Shown here one piece after another: positions 36,771 through 45,585 of a DNA stretch of 64,000 nt. The position numbers and the translations under genes were made by a program. The DNA is taken from assembly GCA_022641095.1 (NCBI GenBank), contig JALCDB010000006.1, positions 3,423 through 67,422 on the forward strand. Reading direction: 5' to 3'. Source of the DNA: Bacilli bacterium. Lineage in GTDB: Bacteria; Bacillota_I; Bacilli_A; RFN20; CAG-826. The notes under the pieces are model-generated. The model had not been told where the DNA came from. It saw nothing but the letters and a program-made list of their open reading frames with translations, and searched no databases. Positions within the stretch are counted from its first letter, which is position 1; the number at the start of each line of letters is the position of its first letter.

Positions 36771-39658
36771 AAGGAATCCTCCGCAATGCCAATCGAATCG
36801 ACAAAACATATCTCTCCAACTCCGGTTCCATGATCGGTTTGCTCAAAGACAAGCCTTATCTTCTGCCCCGAGAACGATGAAAGGTCGAAACTCATGACAT
36901 TCCATGGCTCGCCGCTCACCAAAAGCCACCCCGAGTTCTTATCCGAACTGACGTTAAAGGAAACCCCCGCCTCATTCTCGACCCTCACGCGATAATACGT
37001 TGCGTTGGTCGGCCCGCCGGAACGAATCGAGAAAGTCAAGGTCTCTTGGCAAGAGGCGGCCAAGGAATACCACTTGCTCCAAGAGCAAATCGCGAGATTG
37101 GGGTCAAAACTGCCATTGTTGCTCCCATCCATCCTTAAGGATCCGTATCCGCCGTCGGCGGTAAGGTCGCCATACGTCGCGTCACCGCCTCGTTTCCAAC
37201 CCGAAAGGTTCCACTCCTCACTTGTCCCCGAAAAAGAATCCGTGACGTTCGTCGAATAGCAATAGTGACCAAGAAGATAGTCGAAAGACAAAGCGGTTAT
37301 TCGGCAATCCTGCGCTTGACCGACGAGACGGTTGAACTCCAAATAAAGAAGCACAGTCGAGCTTTCTTTGGTCGAAAGGTCCAAATGAAGCGTCCCCGTG
37401 CCCGAAATGGTGGTCCAAGGAAGGATCGCATCGTTGATATAGTTGCTTTCATCGATGGTCCTGACGCGAAACTGCGCGCTTCCATCGCAATCGTAACTGA
37501 GGGTCAGTTGGGCGTAATTCCCTTGGCTGGAGCCAACCGTGACTTTCTTCCATGCCGCCGCTTCGGCTTTGTTTTGAGCATTCTCCGTGGAACTGGAAAA
37601 CTCAATAGCGTTCCCGCTGAAGGAAACTGACCCTGCGTGATGCCAATCACCATCCGCCAAAGAAAGGGCGGAACCCGAACTTAGTACGACTGGGTCATCG
37701 GAAAACGCGACATCTCGCGCGGCCTCGGCGGTGAAACTGACGTTATCGAGATAAACCGTCTGATCCAAATACTGGGTTCCTATTTGCTCAAAAACAAGGC
37801 AGATAACGGCGGGCAGCGTTCCCCCATAAACCGCCTTCAGATCGATGCTGATGGTTTGGAAGCAAAGGTTCGTGTAATGCCCATAATCCAAAACATTCCA
37901 TTCGTCGGCGGAAACGTCATACGCTCGCACCCGGAAGGAAGAACCCTTTCCGGAACGAATCTGATAATTGAGATAACGAGTTAGGGAAGGAAGGCGAATC
38001 TTCAGGGAAAGGGAATTGCTGATTGATGAGGATTGCCCATGGTCGCTGATGACGAGAAAACCATCTTGGTTGACGATGGCGTCGTCGGTCTGGTAACTGT
38101 GGGCGGAGAAACCGCCATAGCCGCTTCCGAAAGAATACGTCGCCGCGTAATTAGGAGCGTCGTATTTGAAAGAAAACATGTCATAAAGGCCGTATTCCGG
38201 GCCAATCGAATCAGTCGAAGCGTTGCTAGGCAAGGCGTTCTGGGCATCGACGTGCGCGACTTTCTCCCGTAAGGCGGACAGCAATGCGGGAGCGGAAACG
38301 ATCTCAACCTCGGGGCTGAGGGCACTGTAGAATTTTTTGAGCGTGGCAAGGTCGGTTCCGCTTTTCACTCTGACGACGGAATACGCGGCCGCGGCCGTTA
38401 AGTCCCGCGAAGACTGATTGAGGGCGCAAGCCAAGGCATAGGCGTTATCGACTTCAAGGACGCCTGCGTATGAGAGGAACGGTTTGTGGTTGACGAAACG
38501 AAGGGCACCATCGTCCGCGGCGAGTACGCCACCGTCCAACGAACCCATATAGGCATAGGTTCCCAAAAAATCTTTTTCCGTTCCGTCAAGATAGGCAAAA
38601 CGCGAAAGGGATCCGGCAATCGCCTGATTCATGATCGTGGCGCGGCCGGAATCAATGCTTTCCGGGTTTCCCGCCACTATGTTCAAAAAGGAATCGAGAC
38701 CTCCGAAATGATAGAACAGCAAAGTCGGAAACTCCGCTTGCAGAATCGGCGAGACCGCATGGGTTTCGCCCAATAGCGAGGTCGACAGCGCGTCTTCGCA
38801 CACCACGGAAAGAAGGTGCTTGCCCTCGACTATCGCCTTCGTTTGGATTGATGGGCGGTTTTTCGGCAAAGCGCCATAAAAGGATAGGTTAGTCTTCGTC
38901 GGCATGTCCATCTGATATCCTATGCTGGCTTCGTCCCCCAAGGAGCAAACATAAGGTTCGCTTCCTTGATAGTCTCCGCTTTTGCTCAAAAAAATCGCGT
39001 TTTGGGCGATGCCGAAATCCAAATAGGAAAGGGGAGAACTGTCCTCAATCAAAAGTCGAGAATCCCCTTCGCCATCAAAAAGGCTGGCGTAATCTTGGGT
39101 GACAGGGTCTGGGAGCAAACCGGCTGCCGAAGCCAAAACGGCCTGACTATCGGGAATAAGAGGTTCTTGATAATGGGCGGAAAATGAGGCGCTTAGCGAA
39201 AAAGAGGAGAGAGGCATGTAGTTAGTTGCCTGAAGGCTCTCAACTGCCTGTTTAACGAAAGACCGGAAAGAAAGGAAACGCGTTACTTCGTAGGACGAAG
39301 AGAGCGTTTCGAAAGCCGCGTCGTTTTCGTTTTGAAGATAACAGCCTTGGCCTTTCGCGATCAGCAACCCCTGAAGGGAGGAGGCGAAAATCCGCTCATC
39401 ATCATTCAATGAGGAAACGTCCAAAAAATAAATTTCTTTGCCCGAGATACTTTGCTTACGAAAGAATGAGAACGAACCATCGACCAATGGATCGCCGGAT
39501 CCGCCGGTATCAGAGGAAACGGAGGAGGAACCCGGGGCCGAAGATGAAGAAAAGGAAGCGGAGGGGTCGCTTGATCCACCCGCGTTTCCTTGGCATGCAA
39601 AAAGGAGCGAGGAAAGAACTAAAGCGCAAAAGAATGTTTTCAGCAACCGTCGTCGCAT
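36767..39658 (-). CDS. lipoprotein, divergent GxGYxYP-N-like paralog lacking the family motifs, with C-terminal beta-sandwich-like modules
   Basis: A GGAGG lies 7 nt upstream of ATG 39658 (MRRRLLKTFFCALVLSSLLFAC), which I prefer to the SD-less ATG at 39709. The N-domain IFASSLQGLLIAKG aligns with the paralogs. SDGDN is replaced by CEDA and GxGYxNP by GNPESID. Confidence 0.6.
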   Translation of the reverse strand: MRRRLLKTFFCALVLSSLLFACQGNAGGSSDPSASFSSSSAPGSSSVSSDTGGSGDPLVDGSFSFFRKQSISGKEIYFLDVSSLNDDERIFASSLQGLLIAKGQGCYLQNENDAAFETLSSSYEVTRFLSFRSFVKQAVESLQATNYMPLSSFSLSASFSAHYQEPLIPDSQAVLASAAGLLPDPVTQDYASLFDGEGDSRLLIEDSSPLSYLDFGIAQNAIFLSKSGDYQGSEPYVCSLGDEASIGYQMDMPTKTNLSFYGALPKNRPSIQTKAIVEGKHLLSVVCEDALSTSLLGETHAVSPILQAEFPTLLFYHFGGLDSFLNIVAGNPESIDSGRATIMNQAIAGSLSRFAYLDGTEKDFLGTYAYMGSLDGGVLAADDGALRFVNHKPFLSYAGVLEVDNAYALACALNQSSRDLTAAAAYSVVRVKSGTDLATLKKFYSALSPEVEIVSAPALLSALREKVAHVDAQNALPSNASTDSIGPEYGLYDMFSFKYDAPNYAATYSFGSGYGGFSAHSYQTDDAIVNQDGFLVISDHGQSSSISNSLSLKIRLPSLTRYLNYQIRSGKGSSFRVRAYDVSADEWNVLDYGHYTNLCFQTISIDLKAVYGGTLPAVICLVFEQIGTQYLDQTVYLDNVSFTAEAARDVAFSDDPVVLSSGSALSLADGDWHHAGSVSFSGNAIEFSSSTENAQNKAEAAAWKKVTVGSSQGNYAQLTLSYDCDGSAQFRVRTIDESNYINDAILPWTTISGTGTLHLDLSTKESSTVLLYLEFNRLVGQAQDCRITALSFDYLLGHYCYSTNVTDSFSGTSEEWNLSGWKRGGDATYGDLTADGGYGSLRMDGSNNGSFDPNLAICSWSKWYSLAASCQETLTFSIRSGGPTNATYYRVRVENEAGVSFNVSSDKNSGWLLVSGEPWNVMSFDLSSFSGQKIRLVFEQTDHGTGVGEICFVDSIGIAEDSL

Positions 39659-39701
39659 AAGACAACCTCCAAAACAAAGAGAGTCCTTCGAAACGACCGA
39701 A

Positions 39702-42566
39702 TCAGACATTCATGAAAGCCGGGGCCGTCATGTAAAGCCGATTCTGATAAGGGGAGTCGATCATTTCGGAATCGTTGAATTGAAGCAATAAGGACACCGA
39801 TTTTCCCGAAATCGCCTGAGCGGTTTCGCTTGGAATGGCCTTGGTGAAAGCCACGTCGCTTCCCGGGCCGGCGAAGAAGCCCCAGTCATTGAGTATATAG
39901 ACATTCCCATCCTTGTCCACGGCCGACAGTTTGTAGAGGATGGACGTGTAGTTTCCGTAGTTGGAGAACGTGAAGCCGAACTTCATCGTCTTCCCTTCCT
40001 CGTAAGTAGGCATCGTGACGTCAGCGACATCGCCTTGATATTGATGGACTTTGGAGGAATCCGTGCAAGCAAGGCAACGCAACCAGCCGCCGGGAAGGGG
40101 ATAATTCCCAAATTCGACGTAACTGGAGAAATTGCTGGTCCACTCGCCCATGCCTTGATAGGCGGAACTAACGCCCATCTTCGTCGTATATTGGATCAAA
40201 TTGAATCCCGTGACAAAAAGTTTTTGCTCAGTGCCGTCGTTCGAATCGCGGGTCTCCAGCAAGAAACTGGCATTTTTCCCCGCGTATCCAAAGGCGAATT
40301 CATCGAGCGAAATCATGAAAATCTCGTAACGGTCGTTAGCGATGGCTTGGTTGACGGATCCCGCCGTAACAACGCTGCTGTTGTCGACAACCGAGGAAGT
40401 GCCACCTATTTTGTTCCAGTTATAAATCACAAAGGAATCGTCGCCGATTTTGGCGCTTAGCTTGAACTCGATGGAAGGAACCGCGGCCGTGTCGGTCGCC
40501 GGGGCGGCCTTGGCGTAGAAACTAACCCAGACATTGCTCGTCTTGCCTTCGTCGATGGTGGCAGCCAAGGCCGCGCTGGCCCCAGCGCTCAGGCTAAGCA
40601 AGCCTTCAAACGTCTCGGACTTGACCGGAACTTCAGCGGAGGCGTCATAACTTCCGGTTCCGCTCGTGACTTCCCAAGCGTGTGGGGTCACCGGCGTCGG
40701 AGTGGAGGCCTGGGTAAGGGCGAAGGCGGACAAATACGCACGCGCCTTCCAGCCATCGTTGTAGTTTTCCTGGCGCTGCCACTGAACGGTGAGATCAATC
40801 TTCTTTCCGCTCAGTTCTTTGGAATCGTCATCGCCGAAAGCGAACGAGAAAGAGGTGTCGGAGTCGAAGGCGTTGACAGCCCAATCGCTGATGGCGTAAA
40901 CCTTGCCCGTTTCTTCGCAGACAGCCGATATCTTCCATATCAAAGCGCTCTCGTTCGGACCGACGTTGCCAGCATTCATGCCAAAGACGTAGTGATCAAG
41001 CGTCAAAGCCGGTAACTGAATGGCTTTGCTCATGGATTGGTAACTAAGGCCGTTAGGGACGCTTTGCCCCGAGTTCGTTTTATTCACTCCTTTGAAAGTG
41101 CCATCATAGTCCACGACGGCCCAAGCGTTGAAATCGATGGCTATCGTGCTGTGCGGAATCCAGCAGTTGTAATAGAAAATGTCATTCATGTCGTCAACGT
41201 TTTGCAAGAAATTGCCATTGACGTTGAGATTGTAATCGGAGTCTCTTTCCGAAACCACGTCGGAAGGATAACTCGAAGCGCGGAAATCAAGAAGAGTGAT
41301 CGTGGTCCCTACCGTTTCGTTAGCGACGATGAACTTGTAGTTTGCCCCTAGAACGATGTCTGAGTTGCCGTCAAAACGTCTCGCCGCCAACTCGAAACCC
41401 GTCGATGTGCTGCAATTCACGGCGCCATCGACACCTTTGCCGACGATCGTTTCGTTTTCGATCGTCGTCGAATCCAAGACCGTAATCTCGGAACTCCCTT
41501 GGAGAAGTTTGATGTTATAGACGCTGGTTGAATTGGTCTTCACGAAATAGCGGAGCCAAACCCTAGCGGCCGTGGCATCTTCCACCATGACAACGGCGTA
41601 CGTTCCTCCATCGATGCGAATCGATTGGGTGAAGGCTTCGTCATATACGCTGTTGGCTTCCTCGACCGTGCCGCCGACCGTCAATGTCGTGGCTTTGGAT
41701 TTCCCCGAGGCCGTAAAGCGATCGGATTTGCTTTTCGCCTCAACCTCGACTTTGTAGGAACCCTTAGCGTGAACGTCGAGATCGATCGAGGTCGTCGTCA
41801 CGTTTTTCGCCAACGTATCATTCACGTAAACGTCATAGGAATCGGCATTGGCTACGGCATCCCAAGAAAAGACGTTGTATTTGTTGCTGACGACCGGGAT
41901 AGCAAGCTCCGATGCCTCTATTTTAAAAGTAACGGTGTTTGAAAGCGCGCTTTCGGTAAACAAAGCGGAAGCCGATGTCGCCTTAACCCCGACAACATAT
42001 GTCCCCAGTTCTTCTTTATCGATTTCATAATAAGTGGCTGTCTGCGAGGACACCTTTTGATCGTTAACGTAAACATCGTAGCCTTCCGCATGGTCAATGG
42101 CGCCCCAAGCGACCGTGGCGCCATCAAGCGTGAGCACCGGAGCAGCAAGAGCCACAGCCTGGAGCGTGTACGTGAGCGTGTTGGACCAATCGCTATCGGC
42201 ATAGGCGCTTCCCTCAGCTAACGCCTTGGCCATGACGTCCCAAGAGCCAGGAACGGTTTTCTCGATGGTGAAGCTCGTCTCGTTGGTTTCGTAACTGTCC
42301 GTTCCTACCTTGATTTGGTATAACCGCGCATTCTCGACTTCACCCCAAGACACCACGTTGGCGTTGAGCGTAAGCACCGGGGCTGGAATTTTCGTCGCCT
42401 TAGAAGAGGAAGAGCTGCCATCTGAGACGACCGAACTCGAAACGGGGGTCGGAGCCGACGAAGCAGAGGCCTCGCTCGTTTTATTGCTCGTTCCTGCGCA
42501 CGACGAAAGCGCGACTATGGACAAAAAAGCGGCGATAGCAACGCGACTTGTTATGGTTTTGTTCAT
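39702..42566 (-). CDS. 954-aa surface lipoprotein with 3 Fn3-like repeats and unassigned C-terminal modules
   Basis: It has an AGGAGG RBS and the lipobox ALSSC. The repeats read VVSWGEVENARLYQIKV, VAWGAIDHAEGYDVYVND and FSWDAVANADSYDVYVND. Confidence 0.75.
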   Translation of the reverse strand: MNKTITSRVAIAAFLSIVALSSCAGTSNKTSEASASSAPTPVSSSVVSDGSSSSSKATKIPAPVLTLNANVVSWGEVENARLYQIKVGTDSYETNETSFTIEKTVPGSWDVMAKALAEGSAYADSDWSNTLTYTLQAVALAAPVLTLDGATVAWGAIDHAEGYDVYVNDQKVSSQTATYYEIDKEELGTYVVGVKATSASALFTESALSNTVTFKIEASELAIPVVSNKYNVFSWDAVANADSYDVYVNDTLAKNVTTTSIDLDVHAKGSYKVEVEAKSKSDRFTASGKSKATTLTVGGTVEEANSVYDEAFTQSIRIDGGTYAVVMVEDATAARVWLRYFVKTNSTSVYNIKLLQGSSEITVLDSTTIENETIVGKGVDGAVNCSTSTGFELAARRFDGNSDIVLGANYKFIVANETVGTTITLLDFRASSYPSDVVSERDSDYNLNVNGNFLQNVDDMNDIFYYNCWIPHSTIAIDFNAWAVVDYDGTFKGVNKTNSGQSVPNGLSYQSMSKAIQLPALTLDHYVFGMNAGNVGPNESALIWKISAVCEETGKVYAISDWAVNAFDSDTSFSFAFGDDDSKELSGKKIDLTVQWQRQENYNDGWKARAYLSAFALTQASTPTPVTPHAWEVTSGTGSYDASAEVPVKSETFEGLLSLSAGASAALAATIDEGKTSNVWVSFYAKAAPATDTAAVPSIEFKLSAKIGDDSFVIYNWNKIGGTSSVVDNSSVVTAGSVNQAIANDRYEIFMISLDEFAFGYAGKNASFLLETRDSNDGTEQKLFVTGFNLIQYTTKMGVSSAYQGMGEWTSNFSSYVEFGNYPLPGGWLRCLACTDSSKVHQYQGDVADVTMPTYEEGKTMKFGFTFSNYGNYTSILYKLSAVDKDGNVYILNDWGFFAGPGSDVAFTKAIPSETAQAISGKSVSLLLQFNDSEMIDSPYQNRLYMTAPAFMNV

Positions 42567-42578
42567 GGAATTCCTCCT

Positions 42579-42594
42579 AAAAAACCGGTTTTTT
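42579..42594 (-). promoter_or_regulatory. 16-bp perfect palindrome AAAAAACCGGTTTTTT directly upstream of the RBS of the 42566 operon, with a putative promoter (-10 TAGAAT complement of 42603-42608, -35 TTGCAT complement of 42625-42630)
   Basis: Read directly. The architecture matches the 6925 site. Confidence 0.5.
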
Positions 42595-42664
42595 GTAATC
42601 TCATTCTATCATTAGCAAGATTTAATGCAATTTTTTTAAGCAAACTGAAAGTTAAAATACCAAA

Positions 42665-42682
42665 ATAAAAACCGGTTTTTAT
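42665..42682 (-). promoter_or_regulatory. second operator-like palindrome ATAAAAACCGGTTTTTAT, about 87 bp upstream of the first
   Basis: Read directly. On the minus strand it is preceded by TGTTATAAT, an extended -10-like element. Confidence 0.45.
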
Positions 42683-43026
42683 GACTTAAAAAACTCAATT
42701 GCCGATTATAACAAGGCTGAAATTTGATTAACAAATCAAACATGGTTTAGCAGTTCGTTTGGTACCCAAGTCATTTATTTTAACAAACAAAACCACAAAT
42801 ACAGGGTGAGAAACTTTCCCCCCGTTTTTGGACATTTCTGCCGTTTCAACTGTTTTATCCCAACGTATTGATGGTTTTATATGTTTCTGCTGAGTTTCCG
42901 ATAAATTCCCTCTCTATCGGATTCTTCTGATAACGTATCAAAGAAACACAAAAAGGCAAATCGACGTTGACGCCATAGGGCATGGGATTAAGGCGTTTGT
43001 TTGATTTTTATTATAAATGGTTGACT

Positions 43027-43093
43027 AAAGTATGACGGAGTATGAAAATGTTTTTGAAGTATGACAGAGTATGTAGGGGAATTAGAAGTATGA
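43027..43093 (+). repeat. about 2.3 copies of a 29-bp direct repeat containing paired AGTATGA boxes
   Basis: AGTATGA-like boxes lie at about 43029, 43039, 43058, 43068 and 43087, giving spacings of 10, 19, 10 and 19 nt. The last box contains the ATG at 43090. Confidence 0.55.
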
Positions 43094-44127
43094 AAGGGAA
43101 TCCATTCACGTTGTCTTTTGGAAGTTCGCCATCTGAGCACATCTCACGGGTTGGCATAAAAGACTCTTTGTCCAAGAACCTAGAGGCGGAGCCTCCGCTT
43201 TCGCATTGTTTCATCATCACCGGAGTCAGGGGATCCGGCAAAACAGTGCTACTAACTTCCATAGCGAAAGAATTCGAAAAGAACCCTAAGTGGGTTGTGG
43301 TGGAACTGAACCCTGAGGACGATATGCGCGAATCGCTTGCGGCGAAGCTTTATTCTTCCAGCAAAACCAAGCACCTCTTCCTCCAAAAAAGTTTCAGCGT
43401 CTCTTTCCATGGCGTTTCCTTTTCTTTGTCTGGGAAAAACCCCGTCCTCAACATCGATGATCTCTTGGAAAAGATGCTCGTAGAAATCAAAAGGCAGAAG
43501 AAAAAAGTCTTGGTGTTGGTCGATAAGGCTACAAGCAACCCCCAAATGAAACGCTTTGCCTTATCGTTCCAAATCCTAATCAGGAAGGACTGTCCTCTGT
43601 TTCTTTTGGCAACGGGCCTTTATGAAAACATCTCAACCTTGCAAAACGAAAAGAACCTGACGTTCCTCATCAGAGCGCCGAAGACATTTTTATCGCCTCT
43701 TAATATTTCTTCCATCGCGTTGTCATACCAAAACTCAATTGGCATCACTTACGAGGAAGCGCTTGAATACGCCAAACTGACGAAAGGCTATGCTTTCGCT
43801 TTCCAGTTGCTTGGATATCTTCTTTTCGAAAGCGGGAACAAAAAAATCGACTATAAGCTTTTGATTCAATTCGATCAGTATCTTTCCGAGTTCGTCTACA
43901 CGAAAGTGTGGTCATCGCTTTCTCCGGTTGAGCAAAACATAGCCAAAACATTTAAAACAAACGAGGAAATAGGCGTGAATGAGGTCTTAAGCCGCAACGA
44001 AATGACAAAAGAGTATTTCTCCCAATACCGAGATCGTTTGCTGAAAAAAGGAATACTAACCGCCCCTTCAAGAGGCCGGCTTTGTTTTGCTCTTCCTAGA
44101 TTCAAGGAGTTCATCGACACGCATTGA
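43090..44127 (+). CDS. AAA ATPase of the Arch_ATPase/ORC-like type with a C-terminal winged-helix-like region
   Basis: The N-terminus MKGNPFTLSFG is typical of the family. Walker A is GVRGSGKT and Walker B is VLVLVDKA. Alternative starts at 43042 and 43048 are possible. Confidence 0.7.
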   Translation: MKGNPFTLSFGSSPSEHISRVGIKDSLSKNLEAEPPLSHCFIITGVRGSGKTVLLTSIAKEFEKNPKWVVVELNPEDDMRESLAAKLYSSSKTKHLFLQKSFSVSFHGVSFSLSGKNPVLNIDDLLEKMLVEIKRQKKKVLVLVDKATSNPQMKRFALSFQILIRKDCPLFLLATGLYENISTLQNEKNLTFLIRAPKTFLSPLNISSIALSYQNSIGITYEEALEYAKLTKGYAFAFQLLGYLLFESGNKKIDYKLLIQFDQYLSEFVYTKVWSSLSPVEQNIAKTFKTNEEIGVNEVLSRNEMTKEYFSQYRDRLLKKGILTAPSRGRLCFALPRFKEFIDTH

Positions 44128-44349
44128 AACGTCTTGCTAAGAGCCGTTCCAACACCGAATTCATCGCTTGAACGTAAACCTATCTTGTGCTCCTGGTTTG
44201 ATCGTATAAGGATAAATAACGGCTGAATCCGTAACGCCGTCGCCAAAACAATCGGCTAACAAACGACATCAGTGGAGGCAATTCGATGAATCGGATGGAA
44301 AGACCGCATCTTTTTTTAAAACGAAACGTGCTGTGACATAATTGTGATA

Positions 44350-45366
44350 ATGAAGATAGGCGAATTCTCTAAAATAACAGGACTAAGCGAATCCTCAATC
44401 AGGTTTTACGTCAAGCATTGCCTTTTATCGCCAAGCAAAGAAGGCAGCCAATATGATTTTTCAAAAGCCGACGTTGAAGTTGTTAAAAAGATAAAGATCC
44501 TCAAGGAAGCGGGACTCTCCATAACTGAAATTTCCAAATTCTTTTTTCCATATATTATCACCAGCCAAAACGACCCCCTGACTGATGAACAAAGGGGAAT
44601 CCTAAACAAAAAATTGGAGATTCTCGCAAAAAAGCAGAAAGAAATTCGTGAAAGCCAATCCAGAATCGAAGACTTACTTACCGATAAAATGGAGTCGTCT
44701 CCTAAAACTTGTGGATTCGCCCTTTCGGCTCTTGAATACGTAATTTGCCCAAAATGCGGAGGCCGTCTCCGTTTTTCAAATTGTTCGATAGATGGAAACT
44801 CGATCTCGACAGCCGATGCCAAGTGCGAACAATGCGGAACCACCTTGGAGATCAGGGATGGAGTGCTATTCCCTGACTATTTCAAAAAGGATTTCTCAGA
44901 TTCTTTAGCGAGCCAGTTCGACTTATCATCCAACGATTGGGGCGATGCCGATAGACGCGAAAGCGACAGGAAGGCCATTCTTTATCAGCAAAACTTCAAC
45001 GAGGAATTGATCAATAACGGCAAACTAAACGGTTTCCCCTCGTTTTTAATTTCCAATGCCGATAATTCGCTTCTCATTTTGAAATGTTTTTGCCAACTCC
45101 CTAAATCCACCTTGCTTTTTATCCAAGGGGGAAGGGATCTTTTAGCGATTAAAAAAACGTTTGGTGATTTTAGCGGCCATAAAGTGGCCTATATTTTTTC
45201 CGATGAGGCGCTTCTCCCAATAAAGGAAGCGGTAATTTTTGGGGCCTCATCAATCTCGTTTTTGCCTTATCAAAAACCAAAGTTCCAAAAATGCTTATCA
45301 AGTAATGCCGTTCTTTTTGACAATTTGATCGAAAGGGACAAGTACTCTCTTTTCGTCAAAAAATAA
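44350..45366 (+). CDS. MerR-family regulator fused to a Zn-ribbon and a C-terminal domain of unknown function
   Basis: The MerR HTH is MKIGEFSKITGLSESSIRFYVKHCLL. It is followed by a coiled-coil and CPKCGG...CEQCG (four Cys). I prefer the ATG at 44350 to the track's GTG at 44344. Confidence 0.75.
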   Translation: MKIGEFSKITGLSESSIRFYVKHCLLSPSKEGSQYDFSKADVEVVKKIKILKEAGLSITEISKFFFPYIITSQNDPLTDEQRGILNKKLEILAKKQKEIRESQSRIEDLLTDKMESSPKTCGFALSALEYVICPKCGGRLRFSNCSIDGNSISTADAKCEQCGTTLEIRDGVLFPDYFKKDFSDSLASQFDLSSNDWGDADRRESDRKAILYQQNFNEELINNGKLNGFPSFLISNADNSLLILKCFCQLPKSTLLFIQGGRDLLAIKKTFGDFSGHKVAYIFSDEALLPIKEAVIFGASSISFLPYQKPKFQKCLSSNAVLFDNLIERDKYSLFVKK

Positions 45367-45408
45367 ACCAAGGTTTAATTTTTTTTGCAAATGGCCGTTT
45401 TTTGTGTG

Positions 45409-45439
45409 TTGACGTGAACTTTTGTTAACGGTTTATCCT
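45409..45439 (+). promoter_or_regulatory. MerR-type promoter candidate (-35 TTGACG, 19-nt spacer with imperfect dyad CGTGAAC-tttt-GTTAACG, -10 TATCCT)
   Basis: Read directly, between the MerR-like gene and the ABC exporter gene. An overlong 19-nt spacer is the hallmark of MerR-activated promoters. Confidence 0.35.
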
Positions 45440-45585
45440 TTTTGAAAGAGGAGGCAAAACTTGTTTTCTGTACCCGAAATGCTTTGGAAGAAAATGCAGA
45501 TTCGGAAGCAAGGATAAAGACGAATGCGAAGCAATGAAAAGAGAAATGTTACATTTTTACGAAGTTTACGCGGAGGGGCAGTTAC

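Noticed and set aside
42722-42923. Small hairpins in the 42.6-43.0 kb intergenic region (TTTGATT-aaca-AATCAAA and TCCGATA-N11-TATCGGA), considered as a possible sRNA or terminator.
   Set aside because: The stems are only 7 bp and AT-rich, with no T-tract or conserved context. That is not enough to call a feature.
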